Positions 8,408-18,863 of a DNA stretch of 64,000 nt are shown in pieces. Numbering within the stretch: position 1 is the stretch's first letter; each line of letters starts with the position of its first letter. Source of the DNA: Alphaproteobacteria bacterium (lineage in GTDB: Bacteria; Pseudomonadota; Alphaproteobacteria; UBA8366). Location of the stretch: assembly GCA_049601975.1 (NCBI GenBank), contig JBMYRC010000005.1:6494-70493 (forward strand). The letters run 5' to 3'. The notes under the pieces were generated by a model. It worked only from the letters and a program-made list of their open reading frames with translations, did no database searches and was not told the origin of the DNA. The position numbers were made by a program, and so were the translations under genes.

Positions 8408-10105
8408 ATGGCCGACGAAAATGAAAAGGGCCTGGCCCGCGGATTGACCAATTACGGCGATAAAGATTTCTCACTCTATCTTCGCCGTTCCTTCGCCAAG
8501 GCCATGGGCTTCACCAATGAGAGCCTAGAGAAACCGATCGTCGGCATCGCCGACACCACCAGCAGCTACAACAACTGCCACCGCAACGTGCCGGAACAGA
8601 TTGAAGCGGTGAAACGCGGTGTGTTAGCGGCCGGTGGTCTGCCGATGGTGTTTCCGACCGTCTCTCTTGCGGAAGCCTTCCTGCATCCAACCAGCATGAT
8701 GTACCGGAACCTCATGTCCATGGACACGGAGGAGATGATCTCTGCCCAGCCAATGGACGCGGTTGTTGTTGTCGGCGGGTGCGACAAAACGGTCCCGGCG
8801 CAGCTCATGGGCGCGCTTTCGGCCAACCGGCCCGCAATTCAATTGATCACGGGCCCGATGATGACCGCCCGTCACGAAGGCGAGCAACTCGGTGCGTGTA
8901 CCGATTGCCGACGGTTTTGGGCGATGTATCGCGCCGGCGAGTTGAACGACGAGGAGATTGTCTCTGTAGAATCGCGTCTCTCCACAACCGCCGGCACTTG
9001 CCCGGTCATGGGCACTGCAAGCACGATGGCCTGTATTGCCGAGACACTCGGCATGGCACTACCCGGCACCGCCGCGATCCCGGCGGTCCACGCCGACCGG
9101 CTGCGCGCTGCCGAGGAGACCGGAAAGCGCGCGGTCGAAATTGCAGTGGCCGGCCTCACACCTGATAAGATCGTCACCGAAAAATCCGTCGAAAATGCGC
9201 TTCGTGTGTTGCTCGCCATCGGTGGTTCCACCAATGGCATCATTCACCTGACCGCCATCGCGGGTCGGGCCAGGATTGATATATCGCTCGACCGTTTGAA
9301 TGAAATTAGCGACGAGACCCCAGTGCTCGTAAACCTAAAGCCATCCGGCGACTACTACATGGAAGACTTTTTCTCGGGCGGCGGTCTCGGTGCCGTGCTG
9401 CGTAAAATCAAACACTTGATGCATCTGGATACGCTCTCAGTTACCGGCGAGACATTGGGCGACAGGCTGGAAGAAGATCCGGGCTATATCGACCACGACA
9501 TCGTGCGCCCCTTCGACACGCCCCATTATCCCCTTGGCGGATTGGTAGCGCTCTTCGGCAGCTTAGCGCCCAATGGCGCCATATTGAAACGGGCCGCTGC
9601 CGACGATACATTGTTCGAGACGGAAGGCCGCGCAGTGGTCTTCTCCTCGCCCGCCGATATGGCGGACCGAATCGACGATCCAGACCTCGAAGTGAATCCG
9701 GAAGATTTTATTGTCTTGCAGAATGCCGGCCCTAAAAGCGGATATGGCATGCCGGAATGCGGCTATCTGCCGATTCCCGGCAAACTCGCCCGTTCCGGTG
9801 TCAAAGACATGGTACGCATTTCAGACGCACGGATGAGCGGTACAGCCTACGGCACGATTATCCTGCATGTCTCTCCGGAAGCCGCCGATGGCGGGCCGCT
9901 TGGCTTGGTCCAAAACGGCGACCTTATCCGCCTTTCGGTCAAGGATCGGCGCTTCGATCTCCTTGTGCCAGAAGAGGAATTGGCCAAACGCAAGGCGGCT
10001 TGGAGACCGGTAAACGCGGAGCCGCGCGGATACGCTAAGCTATATCAAGATCACGTCCTGCAGGCGGAAGAAGGCTGCGATTTTGATTTCTTAAGATCGG
10101 TTTAA
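8408..10105 (+). CDS. IlvD/Edd-family dehydratase (sugar-acid / dihydroxy-acid dehydratase-like)
   Basis: 565 aa. The blocks PIVGIADTTSSYNNCH, VVVVGGCDKTVP, TAGTCPVMGTASTM, LAIGGSTN and RISDARMSGTAYG are typical of the IlvD/Edd family. Confidence 0.85.
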   Translation: MADENEKGLARGLTNYGDKDFSLYLRRSFAKAMGFTNESLEKPIVGIADTTSSYNNCHRNVPEQIEAVKRGVLAAGGLPMVFPTVSLAEAFLHPTSMMYRNLMSMDTEEMISAQPMDAVVVVGGCDKTVPAQLMGALSANRPAIQLITGPMMTARHEGEQLGACTDCRRFWAMYRAGELNDEEIVSVESRLSTTAGTCPVMGTASTMACIAETLGMALPGTAAIPAVHADRLRAAEETGKRAVEIAVAGLTPDKIVTEKSVENALRVLLAIGGSTNGIIHLTAIAGRARIDISLDRLNEISDETPVLVNLKPSGDYYMEDFFSGGGLGAVLRKIKHLMHLDTLSVTGETLGDRLEEDPGYIDHDIVRPFDTPHYPLGGLVALFGSLAPNGAILKRAAADDTLFETEGRAVVFSSPADMADRIDDPDLEVNPEDFIVLQNAGPKSGYGMPECGYLPIPGKLARSGVKDMVRISDARMSGTAYGTIILHVSPEAADGGPLGLVQNGDLIRLSVKDRRFDLLVPEEELAKRKAAWRPVNAEPRGYAKLYQDHVLQAEEGCDFDFLRSV

Positions 10106-10401
10106 GTCGCAACTCTTTCACCATCCCGAATGGTCTGTTTCCAACGGCAAATGGTAACGCTGTCGAATAAGCCGATCCAAAAATAGGGGTCGGCTTCGGC
10201 AAACCGCGTCGCCACGTCACGATCTTCAGTATCGAGGATAGTTAAACTCCCTACCCCGCCTTTGCCATCATCATCCATCAATGGTCCGGCACCGATCATC
10301 AATGCCATTTGCGTGGCGAGAAATTCACGGTGCGCGAAGCGCGTGTCGTTGCGCAATTTCAGACTATTCGGTTTGTCCTTCGAGAAAATTGCATAGGGCA
10401 T
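10102..10401 (-). CDS. YciI-family protein
   Basis: MPYAIFSKDKPNSLKLRNDTRFAHREFL..GSLTILDTEDRDVATRFAEADPY is YciI-like. ATG 10401 is chosen. The stop overlaps the ilvD-like stop region (convergent). Confidence 0.75.
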   Translation of the reverse strand: MPYAIFSKDKPNSLKLRNDTRFAHREFLATQMALMIGAGPLMDDDGKGGVGSLTILDTEDRDVATRFAEADPYFWIGLFDSVTICRWKQTIRDGERVAT

Positions 10402-10495
10402 CGTGTCTCCTCCCGGCATAGTTTTACGAGCACTCATAAGCTACGTTAATGGCTCCACTGACTGCACTCTAACCTATCGGACTGGGAATCCATCA

Positions 10496-11596
10496 ATGGC
10501 AACGAACGAAACAGATACACAAGAGCTGGGTTACATGAAGTTCTTACATGCCGGTCGTGTTGGAGAACTCTTCCCGATCGCCTTGATCAACGCGCTTTTG
10601 AATATTCTCACCCTGACCCTCTATCGATTTTGGGGTAAAACCCGCGTTCGCTCTTATCTCTGGGGCAGTACCAGCCTTTTGGATGACCGGCTCGAATACA
10701 CCGGAACCGGAGGCGAACTCTTCAAGGGATTTCTCTTCGTCCTATTCGCTATATTCCTACCCGTCGGCATCTTGAATACTGTGGTTGAGTTCAATTTTTC
10801 GCCCGACGATCCCGTTTCCATTGCCTATAACGGGCTACTGTTTGCGGGCATTTGGTTTTTGGTCGGAATCGCTCTCTATCGTGCACGGCGGTATCGGCTC
10901 AGCCGGACACGGTGGAGGGGGGTCCGCGCTGGGCAGACTGGTTCAGCCGCGGCATATGGCGGCAAATACCTCGGCTTCTTTATCTTAAATATTCTTACCC
11001 TCGGTTGGACCTATCCGCTGATGCGCATGCGACTAATGCATCAAATGATGAACAATACCTGGTTCGGCGACCGACGTTTCGCGTTCTCCGGTTCGGCCCG
11101 CCATCTCTACGGTCGATTCGCTGTCAGTTGGATTACATTCGTTGGATTATTCGTACTGCTCAGCATCGTCAGCGGAATCATTGGCGTCATAGGGGCGTAT
11201 GCCGCACTAAACAGCATAGACAGCATAGACAGCATTTTTCCATTAGCTGCCACTATTCTTGTAGTCGGATTTCTTGTCCTCCTCCCCATAATTTTTTGTT
11301 GGTACAAAGCAGCAGAAGTTTCGTATTTCGCTAAGTCAACGCGTTTCGAAGGCGCAGCATTCGAATTAGACACGACTTTGGGAAGTCTTTTATGGCTCTT
11401 GGTCGGTAATCTTTTGATTAGTATTTCTACTCTCGGCTTTGGCGCAGCTTTCACTCAGATGCGGACATTTCGTTACGTTTGCAACCGGCTCCACGCCCAC
11501 GGCATTATCGATTTCGATGCCATTATCCAAAGTTCGGACAAGGGCCCCGGTTTCGGCGAAGGCCTGGCGGACGCGTTCGATGTCGGCGCTGTCTGA
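10496..11596 (+). CDS. YjgN/DUF898-family inner-membrane protein
   Basis: FLHAGRVGELFPIALINALLNILTLTLYRFWGKTRVRSYLWG, plus a second half with LTLGWTYPLMRMRLMHQM, gives the duplicated DUF898 architecture with multiple TM segments. Start is uncertain (10403/10496/10535). Confidence 0.7.
   Translation: MATNETDTQELGYMKFLHAGRVGELFPIALINALLNILTLTLYRFWGKTRVRSYLWGSTSLLDDRLEYTGTGGELFKGFLFVLFAIFLPVGILNTVVEFNFSPDDPVSIAYNGLLFAGIWFLVGIALYRARRYRLSRTRWRGVRAGQTGSAAAYGGKYLGFFILNILTLGWTYPLMRMRLMHQMMNNTWFGDRRFAFSGSARHLYGRFAVSWITFVGLFVLLSIVSGIIGVIGAYAALNSIDSIDSIFPLAATILVVGFLVLLPIIFCWYKAAEVSYFAKSTRFEGAAFELDTTLGSLLWLLVGNLLISISTLGFGAAFTQMRTFRYVCNRLHAHGIIDFDAIIQSSDKGPGFGEGLADAFDVGAV
11212..11235. repeat. 9-bp tandem repeat CAGCATAGA x2.7 inside the DUF898 gene
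   Basis: cagcataga cagcataga cagcat read directly from the sequence. It encodes ..NSIDSIDSIF.. Confidence 0.9.
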
Positions 11597-11599
11597 GCG

Positions 11600-12688
11600 A
11601 TGAGCGACGGCGTTTTCTACGACGGTAAATCAGCCAAACGAAATTCGGTACAGATCAGCATCGTCGGCACCGATTTGGAAGTACGCGACGAAGAAACAAA
11701 TGTTTTGGCGCGATGGCCTTTCGTCGACCTGCAGGCGACCATCGAAAGCAGCAAGACAGGGGCTTTGCGTATCATTAACACCACCAGTGAAGACCCCGTC
11801 CTCATTGCCACAAACGCCAAGTTGGTCAGCCGCATACGAGCATTTCTGCCGACGAAACCCCGACAGCATTACCCGCATGGTTTCTCATCTCGACACGTCG
11901 CAGCCGTCTTCGTGGTTACGTTGCTCGTCGGTGCATTAATTTATTTTACACTCCCTAAACTGGTAGAACCCATCGCCACACTGGTCCCGCTCGAGTGGGA
12001 ACGGTCTTTGGGTAAACGCGTCCTCGCCTCTATCCCCGGCGCCGAACTATCGTGCCACGGTCACGCCGGTGTGGAGGCACTCTCAAATCTAACCGCGCGC
12101 TTAAGCGCTGTGATGGAGCTTCCCTATCCCGTAAAGGTTTCGGTGGCCGAACTGGAATTCGAGAACGCGTTCGCCGCTCCTGGCGGTTACATCGTTATCG
12201 GCAATAGCCTTCTCATCGAAATGCAAAGTCCAAACGAATTGGCCGGTGTTCTGGCTCATGAAATGGCACATATCGCCGAGCGCCATCCAATGTCCCGCGC
12301 CGTTCGCACTATGGGGATGTCACTCATCTTCGAAATGTTGATCGGTGGCGATTCAGGGTTAACCGATACATTGGCACAAGGAGCCGGAATTCTGCTGATG
12401 TTTTCGCATTCCCGGGACGACGAACGCATTGCCGATCACATTTCCTTGGACGCTCTCAAACAAGCGCGAATCCAAACGGACGGCCTCGCTGCGTTCTTTA
12501 CCCGATTAGAGAAAAAGTATGCTCATCTGGAAAATGGCTCACTCGGTGCCTTCATGGCCTGGTTACGCACCCATCCAAGTTTCGCCGAGCGCAGACAATC
12601 GGCAGCCATCACGCCATCCGCTACCGAATTACGAGCAGCCATGTCCGACCCAGAGTGGACCGCGCTTAAATCTATCTGCGACTCATAA
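11600..12688 (+). CDS. M48-family zinc metallopeptidase with N-terminal soluble domain and TM segment
   Basis: 362 aa. HEMAHIAERH is the HExxH motif. TM segment VAAVFVVTLLVGALIYF. Starts 4 nt after the DUF898 gene. Confidence 0.8.
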   Translation: MSDGVFYDGKSAKRNSVQISIVGTDLEVRDEETNVLARWPFVDLQATIESSKTGALRIINTTSEDPVLIATNAKLVSRIRAFLPTKPRQHYPHGFSSRHVAAVFVVTLLVGALIYFTLPKLVEPIATLVPLEWERSLGKRVLASIPGAELSCHGHAGVEALSNLTARLSAVMELPYPVKVSVAELEFENAFAAPGGYIVIGNSLLIEMQSPNELAGVLAHEMAHIAERHPMSRAVRTMGMSLIFEMLIGGDSGLTDTLAQGAGILLMFSHSRDDERIADHISLDALKQARIQTDGLAAFFTRLEKKYAHLENGSLGAFMAWLRTHPSFAERRQSAAITPSATELRAAMSDPEWTALKSICDS

Positions 12689-12744
12689 AGCAGACAGTCG
12701 TACTTTGATCGTTCTAATAGATTTCTCTCCACGTCTCGTAAGGG

Positions 12745-13923
12745 TCATGACGCCAAAGTGATCTTTCGCGCTGCGAAATCGTCGATCTGTTCGCTGGTGT
12801 AACCAAGGTCACTCAAAACTTCACGACTATGTTCACCAACACCCGGAGATGTCGCTTTGTCGCCGCGCGCATCGAACGGCTTCAGACCAGGTACATTCGG
12901 CACCGGGACCCGGCCAACACCTGCATGATCGAGCCAGGATACCAATCCGGTTTCTTGCACCTGGGGATGGTCCAGGAATTCAACATAATTATTCACCCGC
13001 TCGTGTAGGATCCGCGCTTCGGTTAGTTTTTCAGAGAGCGCCTTGCAGCCTTGAAGCTTAAAGGCATCGCGAATCAACGGCATGATTTCCGCTTCGTGTT
13101 CGACCCGTTGCGCATTCGTCGCGTATTGCGAATCCGCACCGATCAGCGGTAGGCCCAGCAATTCACACAGCTTGGGAAACTCGTCGTCTTTATACATCAG
13201 GATGGTGATATAGCCGTCTTTCGCTTCAAACACGCCCGCCGGCACCCTTCCAACGACATAGGCACCCTGTTCCAGGTTGACCATCATCATGCGTATCGCA
13301 CCCAAACAAGCCGCACCCTGCATCAAGTTGGTCTCTATCAGGCAACCCTTCTCCTCATCGCGGCGCGCATACAGCGCCGTCGTCAGGGCTTGAAATCCAT
13401 AAAGCGCGGTCGCCATATCGCAAATAACGACGCCGATGCGATGAGGAATACCGTCCTCCCCCTGGTTGACCGACATCAAGCCACAAAAGGCCTGCAATAC
13501 CGGATCCATCGCCGGACGTTCGCGCAGTGGCCCGCCGTTCCCGAAACCGGAGATCGAAAGATAAATCGCCTTCGGACTTATCTTTGATACCTCTTCATAA
13601 GAGAAACCGAGGCGATTGGTCACACCTGGTCGGAAATTCTCGATGAACACATCCGCGTCTTCCAGGAGCTTACGGACCGCGTCTTTCCCCTCCTCGCTCT
13701 TTAAGTTTAGGGCTACGCTCCGCTTACCTAAATTCGTGACAACGGAAAAAGCCGAGTGGTTATCGTAGTCGCGGCTGATGAATCGCCCCCACTCTCCCTC
13801 AAGAGGCTCGACCTTAACGACGTCCGCGCCGTATTGCGCCATTAACATTCCGGCATAGGGCCCGGAGACCCCTTGGCTGATATCCACGACCTTCAGACCG
13901 GCGAAGGGTGCATTGTATCCCAT
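12745..13923 (-). CDS. CaiB/BaiF family III CoA-transferase
   Basis: 392 aa. GLKVVDISQGVSGPYAGMLMAQYGADVVKVEP is the hallmark N-terminus of family III CoA-transferases. Confidence 0.88.
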   Translation of the reverse strand: MGYNAPFAGLKVVDISQGVSGPYAGMLMAQYGADVVKVEPLEGEWGRFISRDYDNHSAFSVVTNLGKRSVALNLKSEEGKDAVRKLLEDADVFIENFRPGVTNRLGFSYEEVSKISPKAIYLSISGFGNGGPLRERPAMDPVLQAFCGLMSVNQGEDGIPHRIGVVICDMATALYGFQALTTALYARRDEEKGCLIETNLMQGAACLGAIRMMMVNLEQGAYVVGRVPAGVFEAKDGYITILMYKDDEFPKLCELLGLPLIGADSQYATNAQRVEHEAEIMPLIRDAFKLQGCKALSEKLTEARILHERVNNYVEFLDHPQVQETGLVSWLDHAGVGRVPVPNVPGLKPFDARGDKATSPGVGEHSREVLSDLGYTSEQIDDFAARKITLAS

Positions 13924-14040
13924 GATTTCACCCCGTTCACGGTGGCTTCGGGCTTTTCCCGCCGCATCAATATGCTATATGCCTCTACCAGACTTGAAGG
14001 CAATCAAGAGCCCCCATTTCGCCGAGCCAAAGGTACCCCG

Positions 14041-15237
14041 ATGGATCTGCAATTTTCCGCCGAACATACCGCGTTCCAGAGCGAGGTTCGTACCTTCATT
14101 GAAGGAAACTTGCCGCTCGATATCCAAGAAAAAGGCCGCCGAGGTCTCAAGATAGAGAAGGAAGATGTTCGGCGATGGCATAAGATTCTATTCGAAAAGG
14201 GCTGGGCCGCGCCGAATTGGCCAAAAGAGCATGGCGGCTGCGAATGGGATGCCGTTCGGCGCTACATATTCGGAGAGGAATTGGCACGTTGCCATGCCCC
14301 CGCGTTGAGCCCCTTTGGCCTCACAATGGTCGGTCCCGTCATCTATACCTTCGGGACAGACGCACAGAAAAAACGCTATTTGCCGAAAATCCTCTCGGGC
14401 GAGGAATTCTGGTGCCAAGGCTACTCCGAGCCCGGTGCCGGTTCGGACCTGGCTTCCCTGCAGACCAAGGCGGTACCGAACGGCGATCATTACATCGTCA
14501 ATGGTCAAAAGACCTGGACCACTTATGCCCAATGGGCCGATCAGATATTCTGTCTCGTGCGGACATCGAGCGAAGGAAAACGCCAAGAAGGCATCTCCTT
14601 CTTACTAATCGACATGAATACTCCAGGTATCGAGGTCCAGCCGATTGTTACCATTGACGGTGGCCGGGAGATCAACAGCACTTTTCTCTCCGACGTCCGC
14701 GTACCATTGGAGAACCGGGTTGGCGAAGAGAACAAGGGTTGGACCTATGCCAAATTCTTACTCGGGAACGAGCGATCGAGCATCGCGCGGGTCGGATATT
14801 CCAAGGCCCGGTTACGGCGGCTAAAGCAAATTGCGGCCGAAGAACAATCTGGTGGGCGCCCGATGATCCAGGACGCCGATTTCCGACGCGCCATCGCCGA
14901 TGTTGAGATAAAGCTCAAAACCCTCGAGTATACCGAGCTCCGATATCTCATGGCGGAGACCCAGGGTGATGGCCCGGGAGCAGAGGTCAGCTTGCTGAAA
15001 ATTCGAGGTACTGAAATACAGCAGGACCTCACGGAACTCTCGATGCAGGCCATGGGCATGTACGCCCATCCCTATGTCCCCGAATCCATGGAATATGGTT
15101 GGAACGAAGACCCCATCGGCCCGGAGATCGCGCCAAGTCTATCGCCCGCCTATTTCAATGTCCGCAAGACATCGATTTACGGCGGGACCAATGAGATACA
15201 AAAGAACATAATGGCCAAAATGGTTTTGGGTCTTTGA
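14041..15237 (+). CDS. acyl-CoA dehydrogenase family protein
   Basis: MDLQFSAEHTAFQSEVRTFIE.., CQGYSEPGAGSDLASL, YIVNGQKTWTT and IYGGTNEIQKNI are ACAD motifs. ATG 14041 was used; the ORF extension to 13873 overlaps the divergent gene. Confidence 0.88.
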   Translation: MDLQFSAEHTAFQSEVRTFIEGNLPLDIQEKGRRGLKIEKEDVRRWHKILFEKGWAAPNWPKEHGGCEWDAVRRYIFGEELARCHAPALSPFGLTMVGPVIYTFGTDAQKKRYLPKILSGEEFWCQGYSEPGAGSDLASLQTKAVPNGDHYIVNGQKTWTTYAQWADQIFCLVRTSSEGKRQEGISFLLIDMNTPGIEVQPIVTIDGGREINSTFLSDVRVPLENRVGEENKGWTYAKFLLGNERSSIARVGYSKARLRRLKQIAAEEQSGGRPMIQDADFRRAIADVEIKLKTLEYTELRYLMAETQGDGPGAEVSLLKIRGTEIQQDLTELSMQAMGMYAHPYVPESMEYGWNEDPIGPEIAPSLSPAYFNVRKTSIYGGTNEIQKNIMAKMVLGL

Positions 15238-15281
15238 GCCGGAGCCGAACGAACGTAACTGCCTGACACAGGGTTAGAAAA

Positions 15282-16415
15282 ATGGACTTTTCGCTTACCG
15301 AAGAACAACAGCTACTCAAGGACAGCGTCGATCGATTTGTCCGTGAAAACTACGAATTCGAATCGCGGCGTAAAATTGCCAACTCGAATGACGGGTACAG
15401 CGAAGACAACTGGAAACAGATGGCCGAACTCGGCTGGCTTGCAGTTGCGTTACCGGAGGAATTTGGCGGTATTGGCGGCGGCAGCACGGAGACCATGGTC
15501 ATCATGGAAGGCTTCGGGCGCGGCCTCGTGCTGGAACCCTTCTTCGCGACGGTTGTACTCGGCGCGAACCTGATCATCCAGGGCGGTAGCGATGCACAAA
15601 AAGAAGAGCTGCTACCGAAACTCGCCGAAGGTGACTTGAGGCTGGCTTTCGCCTATGCCGAACGCCAAGCGCGGTTCGATCTGCACGATGTGGAAACCAA
15701 AGCCGAGAAATCCGGCGACGGCTACACCATCACCGGTGCCAAGGGCGTCGTATTCGGGGCGGCGGCGGCCGACAAGATCATTGTCGCGGCCAGAACGTCC
15801 GGCGATAGCCGAGATACCAATGGCATCACTCTTTTCCTCCTGGATTCCGGCGCGGCAGGCGTCTCTCGGCGCGATTACACCACGAACGATGCCCTACGGG
15901 CGTCCGAGATCGAGTTCGCCGGAGTCCAAGTCGGCGCCGACGCTGTCATCGGCAAAGTTGATGACGGTCATGCGATTATCGAACGGGTGGCGGAGTTCGC
16001 CATCGCAGCACTTTGCGCCGAGGCAGTCGGCTGCATGGATGTCCTCAAGGAAGAGACCAATGAGTATATCAAGACCCGCGAGCAATTCGGCCAGCCAATC
16101 GGCAAGTTCCAAGTGCTGCAGCACCGGATGGTCGACATTCTGATCAATTGCGAGGAAGCCCGCTCCATGGCCTATGTCGCCACCGCCATGATGGACAGTG
16201 ATGACGTAGAAGAGCGCGCAAGGTCAATTGCCGCCGCGAAGGCGCAAATCGGCAAAAGCGCTCGGTTTGTCGGCCAGAACTCGATCCAGATGCATGGCGG
16301 TATGGGTATGACTGACGAGTTGAAGGTTGGTCACTATTTCAAACGCCTGACAATGATCGACCTGACCTTCGGCGACAAGGATCACCACACGAAACGCTTT
16401 GCCACGATGACCTAG
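15282..16415 (+). CDS. acyl-CoA dehydrogenase family protein (second of a pair)
   Basis: 377 aa. MDFSLTEEQQLLKDSVDRF.., YTITGAKGVV, REQFGQPIGKFQVLQHRM and IQMHGGMGMTDE are ACAD motifs. Confidence 0.88.
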   Translation: MDFSLTEEQQLLKDSVDRFVRENYEFESRRKIANSNDGYSEDNWKQMAELGWLAVALPEEFGGIGGGSTETMVIMEGFGRGLVLEPFFATVVLGANLIIQGGSDAQKEELLPKLAEGDLRLAFAYAERQARFDLHDVETKAEKSGDGYTITGAKGVVFGAAAADKIIVAARTSGDSRDTNGITLFLLDSGAAGVSRRDYTTNDALRASEIEFAGVQVGADAVIGKVDDGHAIIERVAEFAIAALCAEAVGCMDVLKEETNEYIKTREQFGQPIGKFQVLQHRMVDILINCEEARSMAYVATAMMDSDDVEERARSIAAAKAQIGKSARFVGQNSIQMHGGMGMTDELKVGHYFKRLTMIDLTFGDKDHHTKRFATMT

Positions 16416-16545
16416 GCGTCGGCTGCGATTAGCGGTCGGTCATCACGGGAAATTGGGCACCAGCCGAGATAACCAATTACCCTCGACCGTATTCGGGTCC
16501 TTCGGCGTTCTCAGAGACACCCATGTGTCTGCGGTAAAGAGACAA

Positions 16546-18855
16546 TTAGCGGTCGGCGAACAATTCCACCACGGCCATCGGCGTCATGGGAGTTGCACCC
16601 ACTCGAACTCCAAAGGGAGAGAGTGCATCTTCGATGGCTGAGATAATGCACGCCGCCGCTGGAACAGTGCCGCTCTCTCCGGTTCCCTTAACGCCAAGGG
16701 GATTCAGCGGTGTCGGTGATTCCATGTGGAAGATCTCGATGCGCGGTATTTCCGGCGCCGTCGGCAGAAGATATTCTCCATAATTCGCGGTGAGCGGCTG
16801 TCCGTCGGGGTCATAGACCATGCGTTCCATCAGCGCATTGCCGATCCCATGCGCGACACCGCCAATTATTTGACCTTCCACTAAGGTCGGATTGATCATG
16901 TGACCACAATCATGAACAACCACATAACGCACGATCTCCATGGCTCCGGTTTCGGGGTCGACCAGAACTTCGCAGGCATGGCTGCCGTTGCAGTAGGAAA
17001 TGCTATCGACTTCGAAATTGATCCGTGACTCTAATCCTGGCGGCAAGCCACCGGGAATTGCGTAACCCGGCTGACCCGCAAGCGCCGTCGCGATATTACC
17101 GATCGGAATTGATCGATCCGATCCCTTTATCCGCACGTCACCGGCAACGATCTCCAAATCGCCGACAGCGGCTTCCAGCATATGCGACGCGGCCTTTAGT
17201 ACCTTCACACGCACTTCCTGCGCGGCTACGGAAACGGACGATCCGGCCGTAACCGCTTGACGGCTCGCAAAGGCGCCGAGCCCGTAGGGTACAACTGCCG
17301 TATCTCCCATCGATACTTTCACATCCGAAAGCGCCACGCCGATTTCCCCCGCCGCGATTTGCACCAGCGCCGTCTCGACGCCCTGCCCCTGAGAGGTCGC
17401 ACCAGTCTCGACCGTCACCACGCCAGAGGGGCCTATGCGCACTACAGCTGATTCGAATGGTCCCCGCCCCGTCCCTTCAACATAATTCGCAAGCCCAAAC
17501 CCTAGATACTTCCCTTCCGTGCGGGCCGCTTCACGCCGAGCCTCAAACCCCTCATATGAGGATTTTTCCAACACCATTGCTTGGGCGCCCGGATAATCCC
17601 CGCTGTCATAGGTCATCGCCTTGCCGTCTCGGGTGACCACCGGTGTCGCATAAGGCATCTCATCGGCGGCGATAAAATTGCGCCGCCGCACTTCCGCGCG
17701 ATCCAACTTGAGCTCGCCGGCAACCCGGTCCAGCAGGCGTTCCATGACAAACGTGCCTTGCGGTCGACCGGCCCCCCGCGTCGGGGTCGCCGGGATTAGG
17801 TTGGTCAGTGCCATTCGTACCTTGAGGTCATAGTTCGGCAGCTTGTACGGCCCCAAGAGATTACTTGCTGAATTCTGTGCCAGCGCCAAACCATAGGGCG
17901 TATAGGCGCCATGATCGTGCACCAAGTCTCCCCGAATACCGATCAAGCAGCCTTTCTCATCGACCGCGACTTCAACATTCCAAAACTGGTCGCGTTCCTG
18001 AGTGGTCGCCGTGAAATGCTCGCGGCGATCTTCTATCCACTTTACCGGTCGCCCCAACAATTTTGACGCCAAAGGTACGGAGACTTCTTCCGAATAAAAA
18101 ACGAACTTTGGCCCGAATCCACCTCCGACATCGGGCGGTACCACTCGGACATCTGCCTCCGCCATGCCAAGGCATCGGGTCAATATCATCTGCGCCCGGT
18201 GCGGCATTTGCGTTGCATTCCAGACAGTGAGATGCCTGCGCGACGGATCGTAATCGGCAACAAGCGCCCGGCACTCCATGGCATGGCCGCCACCTTTGTG
18301 GATTTGGATCTCTTCCTTGAAAACATGTGGTGCCGCCACAAACGCCGCATCGGAGTCGCCGTATGTCACGTCAAAAGCAGCCACCAAATTGTCTGCGACG
18401 TCGGTGCGTACTTGTGGTGCACCCATCGCCAAGGCGTCCCGCGGATCGACACAAGCCGGAAGCGGATCGTAATCGACCCAAACGATGCCGGCGGCATCTT
18501 CGGCCACCTGCTTGCTCTCCGCGATTAACAGTGCGACAGGGTCACCCACATGGCACACTTCGTTCTTCGCCAATACATAAGGGTCGATACGGTGACGGAT
18601 GGCCGGTGCCGGCATTTCGACCGGCATGCGCTCACCGGTTAAATGCGGCAACAGGTCGGCGAGCGTGTAGATCGCCACAACGCCGTCCATACTCAGCGCT
18701 TTCGCCGTATCAATCCCGGTGATCCGTGCGTGCGCCAAAGGGCTGCGCACGAAATGGGCGTGCAGCATGCCGGGCAACTGAATGTCATCCGCAAACCGAC
18801 CGTCACCCCGCAATAGTGCCGGGTCTTCTTTCCGTTTAATTCGTTGACCGAACAT
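16546..18855 (-). CDS. xanthine dehydrogenase/CoxL-family molybdopterin-binding large subunit
   Basis: 769 aa. MFGQRIKRKEDPALLRGDGRFADDI.. N-terminus, TPTRGAGRPQG active-site loop (form-II-like), and VHDCGHMINPTLVEGQIIGG. No medium or small subunit gene is adjacent. Confidence 0.88.
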   Translation of the reverse strand: MFGQRIKRKEDPALLRGDGRFADDIQLPGMLHAHFVRSPLAHARITGIDTAKALSMDGVVAIYTLADLLPHLTGERMPVEMPAPAIRHRIDPYVLAKNEVCHVGDPVALLIAESKQVAEDAAGIVWVDYDPLPACVDPRDALAMGAPQVRTDVADNLVAAFDVTYGDSDAAFVAAPHVFKEEIQIHKGGGHAMECRALVADYDPSRRHLTVWNATQMPHRAQMILTRCLGMAEADVRVVPPDVGGGFGPKFVFYSEEVSVPLASKLLGRPVKWIEDRREHFTATTQERDQFWNVEVAVDEKGCLIGIRGDLVHDHGAYTPYGLALAQNSASNLLGPYKLPNYDLKVRMALTNLIPATPTRGAGRPQGTFVMERLLDRVAGELKLDRAEVRRRNFIAADEMPYATPVVTRDGKAMTYDSGDYPGAQAMVLEKSSYEGFEARREAARTEGKYLGFGLANYVEGTGRGPFESAVVRIGPSGVVTVETGATSQGQGVETALVQIAAGEIGVALSDVKVSMGDTAVVPYGLGAFASRQAVTAGSSVSVAAQEVRVKVLKAASHMLEAAVGDLEIVAGDVRIKGSDRSIPIGNIATALAGQPGYAIPGGLPPGLESRINFEVDSISYCNGSHACEVLVDPETGAMEIVRYVVVHDCGHMINPTLVEGQIIGGVAHGIGNALMERMVYDPDGQPLTANYGEYLLPTAPEIPRIEIFHMESPTPLNPLGVKGTGESGTVPAAACIISAIEDALSPFGVRVGATPMTPMAVVELFADR

Positions 18856-18863
18856 TCAAACGA

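Noticed and set aside
13873-14040. An N-terminal extension of the acyl-CoA dehydrogenase ORF back to 13873.
   Set aside because: The extension overlaps the divergent CoA-transferase start and has no ACAD similarity. The family N-terminus (MDLQFSAEH..) begins at ATG 14041.
16428-16556. A 12-bp direct repeat ATTAGCGGTCGG at 16428-16439 and 16545-16556. The second copy covers the coxL-like stop codon.
   Set aside because: It is too short to interpret. It may be the footprint of a small duplication at the gene's 3' end. I could see no associated structure or ORF consequence.
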